DNA of 32,134 nucleotides, taken from contig JBJTQJ010000044.1 of assembly GCA_046075565.1 (NCBI GenBank), positions 1 to 32,134 of the forward strand, in the 5' to 3' direction. The stretch comes from Verrucomicrobiales bacterium. Its GTDB lineage: Bacteria; Verrucomicrobiota; Verrucomicrobiia; Verrucomicrobiales; SLCJ01. A program made the position numbers and the translations under genes. A model generated the notes under the pieces. That model was not told where the DNA came from, made no database searches, and saw only the letters and a list, made by a program, of their open reading frames with translations. Positions 7,801 through 17,588 of the stretch are shown in pieces; the first letter of the stretch is position 1; each line of letters opens with the position of its first letter.

Positions 7801-9528
7801 TCACGCATCCTTGATCACCTCGGCCTCGCGGCAGAGGCGGGCGTAGAGCCCGCCGAGTTCGAGCAGCTCCTCGTGCGTGCCGGATTCGACGATACGGCCC
7901 TTTTCAAGGACATGGATGCGGTGGGCGTTGCGCACGGTGGAGAGGCGGTGTGCGATGACAAAACAGGTGCGTTGCCGACGCAAGGTCTCGAGGGCTTTCT
8001 GCACGAGGCGTTCCGTCTCGTTGTCGAGAGCGGATGTCGCCTCATCAAGCAGAAGCAGGGGCGGATTTTTCAACAACGCACGTGCGATGGACAGCCTTTG
8101 CTTTTCCCCGCCGGAGAAGCGCACTCCCCTCTCGCCGGCGACGGTGTCGAGTCCTTCCGGCAATGCCCGCGTGAACGAGGCGGCATTGGCTGCTTCCAGC
8201 GCGGTCCAGATTTCATCATCGGTGGCATCCTTTTTCGCGAGACGCAGGTTTTCCCTCAGAGTGGTGTTGAAGAGAAAACTCTCCTGCGTGACGTAGCCGG
8301 TATTGTCGCGCAGCCATTCCTTCGACAAATCCGAGATGGGATGCTCGTCAAACAGGATCCGCCCATGGTCGGTTTCGTAGAAACGAGTGAGCAGGTTCAG
8401 GATGGTAGATTTGCCGGCTCCGGTCGGCCCTACCAGAGCAATGGTCTGGCCGGGTTCGGCCACCAGGTTCAACCCACTCACCGCGGGTGCATCAGGCGCG
8501 TAGGAGAAACCCGCGTCCTGGAAGGAAACGCGGCCGTCAAATCTCTCTGGTCGCAGGCCTTCGGTTAGATTCCGCTCATCCGGCGTATCAAGGATGGCGA
8601 AGACACGTTTTGCCGAGACCACGCCCCGGGTGAATGTCTGGGCCAATGCATTGATGCGTGATATCGGATCAAAGAGGAATCCCCACGCCACGAGGAAAGA
8701 AATCACCGTGCCGGTGGTGATTTTCCCCTGCAAAGCCCACCATGTGCCGGCTGCGACCATGAGGATGATGCCCGATTCGGCGATGAACGAAACCGCCGGC
8801 CAGACCACGGCTTGCCCGCGCATCACATCCATGTGTTTTTCACCGACCTTGCGGGAGGCGCTATCGAAGCTGTCCAGCGCCTCCGGCTCTACCGTGTAGG
8901 CTTTGATTTGGCGGATACCGGAAAGGTTGTCGTGCAGGAGCGCGTGCAAGGCCGATGACGCTTCGGAGGATGCGCGCCATTTCGGTTCCGCCCGCTTCGA
9001 CCACCAGGAGGTGAGAATTCCGATGAATGGCAAAGGCGCGAGCGTGACCAAAGTCAATTCCCAGGAATGCCAGCACATGAAGCCGACCACGATGAGGAAT
9101 TGCAGCAAGGCCGCGACCGCCTGATCGGTGCCGTCGATGAGCACGCGATCCATCGTTGGCACGTCCTCGGCCACCCTCGACATGATCTCACCGGAGGAAT
9201 TGGAATCGAACCAGCGGATGGGCAGGCGCTGCAGTTTGTCGTAAAGTTCGACGCGCAACAAATGCACGAGTTTCAACTCGAGGATATTGTTGAAATAGGT
9301 CCGCAGCGTGAAGAGGATCTGGCGCGCGAGGATGGCCCCGATGCCGAGCGCGGCCGTGGGCAGGATCAGGTCGAAACGCCTTTGCGGGACAATCACGTCC
9401 ACGAACCTCATGGTCACGCCGGGCAACACGAGCACAAGACCGGTGCAGAGCACGGCCAACACCAGGGAGATGATGGTGCGCGCGGGAAAGCGCAGAGTGT
9501 GGCGCAGGATGCGGAAAAACGTCGGCAT
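7801..9528 (-). CDS. ABC exporter, fused permease/ATPase (MsbA/MdlB-like)
   Basis: TM domain followed by Walker A GPTGAGKS, signature FSGGEKQ, Walker B LLLLDEATS and IAHRLS. Start set at MPTFFRIL (9528). Confidence 0.93.
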   Translation of the reverse strand: MPTFFRILRHTLRFPARTIISLVLAVLCTGLVLVLPGVTMRFVDVIVPQRRFDLILPTAALGIGAILARQILFTLRTYFNNILELKLVHLLRVELYDKLQRLPIRWFDSNSSGEIMSRVAEDVPTMDRVLIDGTDQAVAALLQFLIVVGFMCWHSWELTLVTLAPLPFIGILTSWWSKRAEPKWRASSEASSALHALLHDNLSGIRQIKAYTVEPEALDSFDSASRKVGEKHMDVMRGQAVVWPAVSFIAESGIILMVAAGTWWALQGKITTGTVISFLVAWGFLFDPISRINALAQTFTRGVVSAKRVFAILDTPDERNLTEGLRPERFDGRVSFQDAGFSYAPDAPAVSGLNLVAEPGQTIALVGPTGAGKSTILNLLTRFYETDHGRILFDEHPISDLSKEWLRDNTGYVTQESFLFNTTLRENLRLAKKDATDDEIWTALEAANAASFTRALPEGLDTVAGERGVRFSGGEKQRLSIARALLKNPPLLLLDEATSALDNETERLVQKALETLRRQRTCFVIAHRLSTVRNAHRIHVLEKGRIVESGTHEELLELGGLYARLCREAEVIKDA

Positions 9529-9554
9529 GCAGTGCGTTTCGAAAGGGCGCGGTT

Positions 9555-10139
9555 TCAGGAACCGGAATCGAAGCGCGCTTCCATACAGCGGAGCAGGGCT
9601 TCCTGGGTAGCCGCGAAGGTGATCCATTGCCAGAAAGCGAGCTGCTCCTCCGGCGACATTGCTTCAAGATCGGCTGGCTCCACCCGGCGCGAGGAAAAGC
9701 GATGGCGCGATTCTATGGCCAGACGCGCCTGGTTCAACGCGCCATACCATGCGTCGATGTGCGCTGAAGGAATCTCGACCATGAATCCCGGGTCCAAGGT
9801 TGCAAAAAACAGATCGCCATCTTCATCGCCGGGCTGGTCTTCCTCCGGAACCGGAGCAGGATCTCCCGTTTCTTCAGCCATGGGCTGGGCAGTGGCCAAG
9901 TCGGCGATGAGGACATCCACCTCGCGCTGGCTGGCAGCCATGAGGTCGGGGCGCACGAAGTTTTCCCAGTCGTCCCGGATTTCGACAGCATCGGTGGCCT
10001 CTCCGACGACCGGATCCGCCAGCCAGGGAAAACTATCGCCTTCCGCAATGGCGGCGGTGATGGCCCGGAAAAGGAATAGCTCTTCCGCACGCAGATTGCG
10101 CAACTCCATCGAAAAGTCGGATCGGCAGGCGAATGTCAT
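9555..10139 (-). CDS. DUF2017-like protein
   Basis: Overlaps the clpS stop (ATGA coupling). DAWYGALNQARLAI and a C-terminal WITFAATQEALL resemble the DUF2017 family that follows clpS in Actinobacteria. Confidence 0.65.
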   Translation of the reverse strand: MTFACRSDFSMELRNLRAEELFLFRAITAAIAEGDSFPWLADPVVGEATDAVEIRDDWENFVRPDLMAASQREVDVLIADLATAQPMAEETGDPAPVPEEDQPGDEDGDLFFATLDPGFMVEIPSAHIDAWYGALNQARLAIESRHRFSSRRVEPADLEAMSPEEQLAFWQWITFAATQEALLRCMEARFDSGS

Positions 10140-10432
10140 ATGTCGTCTCCCGCCTTCTCCATGGTCGCGGTAAGGTGGTGGGATTGCAATTGGTGGACGT
10201 AGAGTTCCGCCTGCTCGCGGGCACCGGTCCAGACAATCGAACGCCCGAGTTGATGCACTTCCAGCATGTGCTTTTCCGCCTTTGCTTCCGGATACCCGAA
10301 GACCCGGCGTATGGTGAGCGTGACAAATCCCATGTAATTCACCGGATCATCATGCAGCACCACATTCCACGGCAAGGCGAGGCTGGTCGTGGTCTTGTCT
10401 TGGGTGATGATTTCCGTGCCGGCGTAGGGCAT
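10136..10432 (-). CDS. clpS: ATP-dependent Clp protease adaptor ClpS
   Basis: PWNVVLHDDPVNYMGFV...FGYPEAKAEKHMLEVHQLGRSIV...REQAE...LTATME; 98 aa from ATG 10432. The ORF-track 5' extension is spurious. Confidence 0.93.
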   Translation of the reverse strand: MPYAGTEIITQDKTTTSLALPWNVVLHDDPVNYMGFVTLTIRRVFGYPEAKAEKHMLEVHQLGRSIVWTGAREQAELYVHQLQSHHLTATMEKAGDDI

Positions 10433-10532
10433 AGCCGGATACCATAGCCCATCCCGGGGTATTTTCCAGTCCCCAGAATAAGCAACGGGTATGCCAGTCG
10501 GAGCCGCGACACTCGTTTTTTCTCGACAAAAT

Positions 10533-10593
10533 GGGAGTCCGGGCGTCCCGCCCGGAACCTGTCCCAATCCTCGGGCAGGATGCCCGCGCTCCC
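10533..10593. repeat. REP-like inverted doublet
   Basis: gggagtccgggcgtcccgcccg (10533-10554) matches the reverse complement of 10572-10593 (gggagcgcgggcatcctgcccg) at 18/22 positions; each arm has an internal cgggc..gcccg palindrome. Confidence 0.7.
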
Positions 10594-10785
10594 TTTTCGG
10601 CGAATGACCCCGCAACTCCTCCAGCATGACCCATCGCTCGAGCCAGCTAAGGACATGACCCTGCGGGATCGTGTCCCTCCATGGATCGAAAGCACGCCAA
10701 AGTGTCAGGCACGTCTGCCTCTCCGGATTGCCGACGGAACCGCGGTCCAATCTCCCCAATGATTACGATCGGCTCTTTGATTTGA

Positions 10786-11688
10786 TCAACGAGGCTTTGT
10801 TAGAATCCTCACCTGCAGTTCGATGAGGTCGTTGACGAGATGGCCGGCGAGGTAACGGAAAAACTTTCCGGAACCGTAAAGCACGCCCCAGCGCGTGCGG
10901 TCGATGGCGAAAGCGCCCTGCGCGGCCGCGCGGCCGTCGGCGGTCCACCCGGCGCTGGCCGTGAAGTCCATGGTATTGCGGACTCCACGCAATTCGAGCA
11001 GGCCGGACAGCTGCAGGTTGGGCCCACCAGGGGCTCCAGCAAGCGCGACCGGAAAGGTGTCCAACTCCAAAGTCGCGGTGGGAAATTGATCGGAATCGAA
11101 AAAGTCATCGTCGGCCAAGTGCGCGATCAGGACATCGTGCAGTGGCGATCCGGCCAGGTCCGCGCAAGTGATCCGTTTCATGTCGAGGGTGATCTGCCCC
11201 CCGACGAGCGTTCCATTTTCAAAGACCAGTTTTCCATCCGCGATGGCGATGGTGCCCCAGTGTTTGTTGATGAGATTGCGCCCGGTCCATTCCGCCCGCG
11301 ATTCCTCGGTGTCAATCGCTAGGGTGCCGCTGAAGGCGACGGGCGACTCGGCTTCACCCGTGCCCTTGATGGGAAGTCCGGCGGATTTCCATGCCTCATA
11401 TCCTCCGGCGAGGATGGCAATGTCGCGGTAGCCGGCACGTTCGAGTTTTCCGGCCGCGGCGGACGCTTCGCCGGAGGATTCGTCCTCGCCCAGGAGGATG
11501 ATCCGGCTTTCCATCGAGGCGATTCCGTCCATGCGGGAAAGGAAAGCGACTTCAAAGACACAATTGGAGACGGCTGGCTCGGGGTGGCCGGCTTCATGCC
11601 GTTCGGGGTGACGGACATCGAGCAGAACCTGTCCGGAATCATTTTCGAGTAACGCATTGGCCTCGGCGGCGGAAAGCAGGGATGGCAT
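10786..11688 (-). CDS. Rhodanese-like domain / YceI lipid-binding domain fusion
   Basis: N-terminal LLDVR...AGHPEPA...ILAGGYEAWKSAGLP; C-terminal YceI features SRAEWTG, HWGTI, HLADDDFFDSDQFPTA and IDRTRWGV. Confidence 0.85.
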   Translation of the reverse strand: MPSLLSAAEANALLENDSGQVLLDVRHPERHEAGHPEPAVSNCVFEVAFLSRMDGIASMESRIILLGEDESSGEASAAAGKLERAGYRDIAILAGGYEAWKSAGLPIKGTGEAESPVAFSGTLAIDTEESRAEWTGRNLINKHWGTIAIADGKLVFENGTLVGGQITLDMKRITCADLAGSPLHDVLIAHLADDDFFDSDQFPTATLELDTFPVALAGAPGGPNLQLSGLLELRGVRNTMDFTASAGWTADGRAAAQGAFAIDRTRWGVLYGSGKFFRYLAGHLVNDLIELQVRILTKPR

Positions 11689-11706
11689 GAGGATGATTTT
11701 TCCGCT

Positions 11707-14700
11707 TTATAGCAGACCGCAGCTCGGTCTGGCAATAGCCCGATGCACTTTTTCCAATTCCAAAGGGAAGAAAACTGCCCACCTGCCGGCGTCAGTGGTT
11801 GCCATCGTTTCCGAAGGCGCTGGCGACAGCTCCCGTGAGGGATTCGGCGGACAGCGAACCCGGAAGCAGGGTGGCGCGGTCGGCGGGGCATCCGGAATGC
11901 ACGAGCAAGACGAGTCCGCCCATGGTGGAAGCGGCATCACCTGACGGGGCCCCGGCCAACGCGGGTTTGGGCCGACGCACGGGCAGGGCGATGAGCACGG
12001 TGGTGCCTTTGCCTGGTTCGCTTTCCATGGTAATCTGTCCGCCATGAGCCTCGACAATCGACTGCGCGATGGTGAGGCCCAGCCCGCGTCCGGACATCTT
12101 GGTGGAGAAGAATGGATCGAAGACGCGATCTTTAACCTGCAAGTCCATGCCGGAGCCGCTGTCGCGGCTCAGAATCTCCGCTCCTTCTTGTCCAAGTGTG
12201 GAAGCGGCGCGGGTGTGGATATCGATAACACCGGTCTGGTTTCCGATCGCTTCGATGGCATTCTGCACGACGGCGCGGATGGCTTCGCGCATCTGATCGA
12301 TTTCCATTTCCACCACGGGAATACCGTTGGCCAGTTCCTTGCGGAAGTGGATGCGCCGCTGGTGTTCAGGGTCGAGGCCATTGAGCACGTCGAGAAGGAT
12401 GAGGTTCGGGCTGGCCAAACCGGTCTCGGATTCCCCTTGGCCGGCGTAACCGAGCATCTCGCGGCAGAGCGCGGCGGCGCGCAGGCCGTGCTCCTCGATC
12501 GAGGAAAGACAATCGTCGATGATGCTATCGGTTTCGGCGAGGGTGCGGCCCAGCGAGGCATTGCCGAGAATGTCATCGATGAGCTGGTTGAAATCGCGCG
12601 CGATTCCACCGGCAAGAAGACCGAGGCTTTCCCTCTTCTGGGAGAGAAGAAGACGTTTCTCCATCTACCATCGGTCTTTTGTTGGAATTTGGCGGGCGAT
12701 GGCACTGGCCAGCACGCCCGCGACGACCCGCAAGGCATCGACCTCGTCGGCCGACCATTCGCGGTGAACCCGGCAATCGTCGAAGCGGAGGAATCCCCAG
12801 ACATCGCCCTGCAGGCTGAGCGGCAAAAACAGCACCGAGCGCGCTCCCTGCGCGGAGAGAAGCGAGGCCCACGGCCCGGGCAAGGTGGCACATGGACCGA
12901 AGATGCTGCCTTTTTCGGAGAGGTATTGATGCAACCCGGCGCGGATGAGTTCGACATTCGGCTTGAACGGCGAGGTTGCGTTCTCCGACGTGCCGGAGCC
13001 CTACCAATAGGGATTTGTCCAGTCCGGAACGGTGTAGCTGGCGTTGGCGGGATCATTGGGCGGCACACGCACGAGAGCGACCCGAGAAAGCGCCAGCGAC
13101 TCGACGAGATGACGCAACATTTCCCCGGCCTCTTGTTCCCACGTGTCGGCATTGAGGAAACTGATGGCCGAACCCGCGAGACCGCGGAGAATGCCGTCGC
13201 GTTTGCGCAGGGCTTGTTCCGCTTTGGTGCGCTCCGTGACATCGTAAATGAACGAGGTGACACCAAGCGGACGACCTTCTTCGTCGATGAGCGGTGTGTT
13301 CTGCCATTCGCAGGTAAGGAGGTTTCCACGGCGGGAGCGGTGACGGAAAGTCTGGGGAATGGTCTTTTCGCGTTCGCGCAGGAAGGAGTCGAGGGCCGTG
13401 GCCGCGATGTCTCCGCCATCCGGGTCCGTGAAAAAGGCGATTGGTTTGTTACGCACCTCTTCCAAATCGTAACCGAACAAACGCGCGGCAGCGGGGTTCC
13501 AGTGGATCAGGCGGAATTCGTCGTCCCATGCGACGATGGCGGTGGCCGTGTTTTCGACGAGCAATTTCACGCGCTCACGGCTGCGCTGGAGGGCATTGAT
13601 ACGACGGCGCAGCTCGGTGATGTCGTTGCATACGGCCACCAGCCCCACAGTTCCGCTGTCGTGTCCGCGCACGGGCAGCATGTGGATATCGAGCTAACGG
13701 CGCGGCTGCCCCGGCGTCTCGATGTTCAATTCCTCCCTCAGTCCCTCACCGTTTTTCAAGACCCGGGCGTCAAGCTCCCCACGAAGTTTCAGGAATTGCA
13801 CATTCGTCGGGCGGGCGCGTGCGATGATCTCATTATCAGTCAGGCCCTTGTAAGGGAAATTCTCTTTAATGCCAGCCAGTTCGAGGAAGGCACGGTTGGC
13901 GAAGGTCCACCGTCCATGATGGTCCTTGCCGCTGATGGCATCGGGGCAGGCTTCGAGCAACGACGAGAACGTGCCGCGGCTCTCGTCGAGCCGGAGGTTG
14001 GCGAGAGCGAGTTCCGCCGTGCGCTCCTGCACGAGGTCCTCGACAAAACTCGCGCGTCTGGCCTTGTAAACGAACAACGCCGCGAGCACACCAGTGGTGG
14101 CAAGCCCGAGGAAGAAGATCACCCTCGGCAGCGGTGTATCATTCCGCCTCATCCATTGCGGTGTCGGGGTGAAGTTCAGGAAAAGCTTCGAGTCACCCAG
14201 GTTGAGGCTGTATTTGTGAGCAGTGGACTCGTGCAAAGCCGCGAAGCCGGGCAGCAAACTGTCCTCGCGATAGGTCGCCGCGTTGTAATACATCAAATCC
14301 CGCTCGGAAGGCCGGGGCTCGGAGTAAGCAACCACATCATAGCTGAGCGTGACTGCCGGATCCAAAGCCCCTTCGATCATTTCCTCAAGGGAGAAAACCC
14401 CGACCACCGCTGATGCGGCCCCGGCTTTCGTGGGATTGATCTTCCCCACCACCACCAAAGAGGGCAGGGTCACCCGCCCGTCGATCGGCAATTTGAGGTT
14501 GCGCGAACTGCACTGACCATCCGATCCATCTTGTAAAAGCGGCAGCAGCGCTTTCCCGGTGGCCGTGGCCCCGAAGTTCCCGCCTTTACCCAATTTCGGG
14601 AGTTCCTGGCCCAGCGCTTGGCCTACCATCATCTCGCCGGCATTTCCCCGCTGCGGGGAGGACTGCAGCACGAGCAAACTCGAGCGTGACACCGAGCCCG

Positions 14701-15019
14701 GAAAAAGTTGCGGCACCACCTAGCGAAGATCCTGCTCAGCCATGGATGGATTCCGGGCCAACAACTCGCGCATGGCCCGCACGCCTCGCTCATGACCGTC
14801 CATGTAGCTTTTCACCTGCACGCCCATGGAAAGAGCATCACGGATCACCAACTCCCGCATCTGGGTCAGACTGTTCTCCCGATTGAGCATGTAGAAAAAA
14901 CCACTGATCACCGCGCCAGCGGCGAGAATCCCGGCGGTCATGAGCACGCCAAGCCAGCGGAGATTCCCTGGCTTTTTTGTCGGGGCTGAAAAGTCCATGT
15001 CGAGGGTGAACCCCGTCAT
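11707..15019 (-). pseudogene. Membrane hybrid sensor histidine kinase (TM-periplasmic-TM-PAS-PAS-GAF-HisKA-HATPase-degenerate REC) with four in-frame TAG
   Basis: Five ORF-track pieces form one frame from 15019 to 11792, broken only by TAG at 14720, 13694, 13001 and 12665. Motifs are NDITE, YDVTER, AGGIARDFN (H-box His is Arg), QNAIEA, DSGSGM, FDPFFSTK and GRGLGL. The receiver-like tail is degraded. Confidence 0.85.
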
Positions 15020-15163
15020 TCTGCCATTTTATGGAAGAGGAATCTGATTTTCAGTCAATACTTCTGCTAAATAGAAAGGGCCTGAAAATAAAGAGGTCCT
15101 AATTTGCAAGAATGCGAAGGAAATCCCCCTTTTTCCGGCAAAACCGCACCCCGGGCCAAACCC

Positions 15164-15952
15164 TCAAAGGCACTGGTCCATCGCCTCGGCGGGGGAGGAC
15201 TCGCGGGTCTCACCCACCACCACGGCTGGCACTCCGGCGACCGTGGTGTGCGGCGACACATTGTCGAGAACGACACTGCCCGCGCCCACTTTTGCCCCTT
15301 GCCCGATGGTTACGCGTCCGAGGATTTTCGCCCCTGCTCCCAGCAAAACATGGGATTCCACGATGGGGTGGCGAGCCCCATGTTCCTTGCCGGTGCCGCC
15401 GAGGGTCACCTCGTGGAGGATGGATACATGGTCGTGAATCACCGCCGTTTCCCCGGCCACAAAACTGGTCGCGTGGTCGAGCAGAATTCCCCGGCCAATC
15501 TTCGCGGCCGGATGGATATCCACCGCCAAGGCTTCCGAAATCATGCTTTGCAGCAACCGCGCCATCAGCTTGCGGCCTTGATTCCACAGGTAATGGGAAG
15601 CCCGGTAGGCGGAAATGGCATGGAAACCTTTGTAGAAAAGCAGCGGCTCCAGAAGCGTGTCGGCCGCCGGATCACGATCGACAATGGCGGCGAGGTCGCA
15701 CCGCAGGCAACGCTCGACCTCCGGCTGACAAAGGGCTTCCCGGAGCAGCTCACGCAAGGCCGAGTCCTCCAACCCGTGGCCGGAAAGTTTCCCGGTGAGC
15801 CGCTCGGCCACGCTGGTCGCGAGTCCGGATTGGGAAAACACCGTCGCCTCGAGCATGGGCCGCAGCACGGGTTCGCGTTCGGCAGCCGTGCGCGCCTCGT
15901 CCAGCAAACGCTGCCAGGCGGCGGGAAGGGTGGGTTCGACAATGGGAGGCAT
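15164..15952 (-). CDS. cysE: Serine O-acetyltransferase
   Basis: RDPAA, YKGFHAISAYR, VDIHPAAKIGRGILLDHAT, VTLGGTGKEHGARHP, hexapeptide repeats and VAGVPA. Confidence 0.96.
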   Translation of the reverse strand: MPPIVEPTLPAAWQRLLDEARTAAEREPVLRPMLEATVFSQSGLATSVAERLTGKLSGHGLEDSALRELLREALCQPEVERCLRCDLAAIVDRDPAADTLLEPLLFYKGFHAISAYRASHYLWNQGRKLMARLLQSMISEALAVDIHPAAKIGRGILLDHATSFVAGETAVIHDHVSILHEVTLGGTGKEHGARHPIVESHVLLGAGAKILGRVTIGQGAKVGAGSVVLDNVSPHTTVAGVPAVVVGETRESSPAEAMDQCL

Positions 15953-16128
15953 CGGAGTGGAATCGGACGGTTCGGTCTAACGGATGAACACTTTACGCCA
16001 TCTGGTCGGTTTGCATCGGGGATTTTCCCCTCCGAAGCGGCCAAAACTGGCAAAAATACGGTAAAACATGTGGGATTCGCAGGATTTGGGTTGTCATCGC
16101 GGTGCGGGTGTGGGAAAAATCGCCTCCG

Positions 16129-16545
16129 ATGAAGGTCTCCCAAAAACTCGAAAATGCCTGCCGCGTGCTGGTCCAGTTGGCCCAAGGCTACGACGGCCAC
16201 CGGGTCGTCCGGGTGGAAGACCTTGCCCGCAAGGAAGGGCTGTCGGCGAATTTCCTCCTGCAAATCCTCAACGACCTCCGGCGCGCCGGGCTGGTGGCCA
16301 GCCGTCGCGGAAAGCTGGGCGGCTACATCCTCGCGCGACCGGCGACGGAAATTACCCTGCGCGACATCGTCGAAGCGGTGGATGGCGCGCCCTTGGAAGT
16401 GGAACTCAATGGCACCGGCGAAGCCGCCGGTCGTGTCGCCCGCACGTGGAAAGAAATCGCGACCCGCTTCGAAGCCACCCTCTCGGCGATCACGCTCGCC
16501 AGCATGGCAAGCCCCGGGGAAGTGGATGGCATGTTCTGGATTTAA
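16129..16545 (+). CDS. Rrf2-family regulator, CymR-like (no Fe-S Cys triad)
   Basis: MKVSQKLENACRVL...FLLQILNDLRRAGLVASRRGKLGGYILARPATEITLRDIVEAVDG; no C-terminal Cys cluster; divergent from cysE. Confidence 0.9.
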   Translation: MKVSQKLENACRVLVQLAQGYDGHRVVRVEDLARKEGLSANFLLQILNDLRRAGLVASRRGKLGGYILARPATEITLRDIVEAVDGAPLEVELNGTGEAAGRVARTWKEIATRFEATLSAITLASMASPGEVDGMFWI

Positions 16546-16604
16546 CCCGCTTCTGCTCGGCTTTTGCGCGGGCCTGGAGAGCGTTCCTATCGTATGCTCC
16601 ATCA

Positions 16605-17588
16605 ATGCACAGAGTGATCGCACGATCATTTTTCCTGCTCTGCCTGATGGCCATGGTAGCACCGGCGGAGGAGTTTCGCTTCGAGCGCCCGATGATGGGC
16701 ACGCGCTTCCTGATCGTTTGCCATGGCGCGGATGCCGGGGCCGCGAAGAAAGCAGCGGAGGCGGCCTTCGCCATCGGCGGGCAACTTGAGGCTATCGCCT
16801 CGGACTACGAAGCCGAAAGCGAGCTTTCACGCTTGGGTTCCGCAAAGACGGGATCACCGGTTCCGCTTTCACCGGAACTGTTCGCCTTGCTTGCGCACTC
16901 GCGAAAGTTAGCCGAAGCGACGGATGGTGCCTTTGATCCCACTCTCGGTTCACTGACCCGACTCTGGCGCGAAACGCGGAAATCGGAACGCCTTCCATCC
17001 GCGGAGATTCTGCGGGCAGCCCGCGAGTCATGTGGGTGGCAAAATTTCTCCCTCGATCCGACTGCGCGAACCATCACCTTTTCCCGATCGGGAATGGCCA
17101 TGGATCTCGGGGGCGTAGCCAAAGGATATGCAGCCGATCTCATGGTTGAATCGCTAACAACCGCCGGGTTTCCCCAAACGATGGTCGCGGCCGGGGGCGA
17201 CATCCGGTTGGGCGATCCACCACCGGGGCGCGAGGGTTGGCGGGTAGCCGTGCAGAGTTTTGATCGCACGACCGCAGAGCATGTGCTCGTGCTGGCCAAT
17301 GCGGCGGTTTCCACCTCCGGAGATCTCCATCAGTCCGTGGAAATCGACGGCATCACGTATTCGCACATTGTCGATCCAAATACCGGACTTGGTCTGACCC
17401 GACGCATTGCCGCTACCGTGGTGGCCAACGAGGCGAAACTCAGCGACCCGCTGGCCACGGCGGCTTGCGTGCTCGGTCACGAGAAGGGTGAGGGGCTGCG
17501 CCAGCTTCCCGGTGTTCGCGAGGTGAAAGTCCGCATTTTGCAAGATGACGTCCCGCCGGCACGTTCAGAACCTGCTCGAAACCCATGA
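16605..17588 (+). CDS. apbE: FAD:protein FMN transferase
   Basis: Signal peptide, MMGT, SELSRL, TDGAFDPTLG, DLGGVAKGYAAD, AGGDI, AVSTSGD, YSHIVDPNTG and SDPLATA. Start set at ATG 16605. Confidence 0.93.
   Translation: MHRVIARSFFLLCLMAMVAPAEEFRFERPMMGTRFLIVCHGADAGAAKKAAEAAFAIGGQLEAIASDYEAESELSRLGSAKTGSPVPLSPELFALLAHSRKLAEATDGAFDPTLGSLTRLWRETRKSERLPSAEILRAARESCGWQNFSLDPTARTITFSRSGMAMDLGGVAKGYAADLMVESLTTAGFPQTMVAAGGDIRLGDPPPGREGWRVAVQSFDRTTAEHVLVLANAAVSTSGDLHQSVEIDGITYSHIVDPNTGLGLTRRIAATVVANEAKLSDPLATAACVLGHEKGEGLRQLPGVREVKVRILQDDVPPARSEPARNP

Noticed and set aside
10433-10759. N-terminal extension of ClpS, or a RAYT remnant next to the REP doublet
   Set aside because: The extension crosses the repeat element, and the resemblance to RAYT N-termini is too weak with no HUH motif seen.
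12044-14413. 789-aa plus-strand ORF, uninterrupted while the opposite kinase gene is broken
   Set aside because: It is a codon-aligned antisense shadow typical of GC-rich genes. It has no recognisable motifs, whereas the minus frame has clear kinase domains.
16068-16604. ORF-track 5' extension of apbE (506 aa)
   Set aside because: It overlaps the Rrf2 gene in another frame; the signal peptide begins at ATG 16605.
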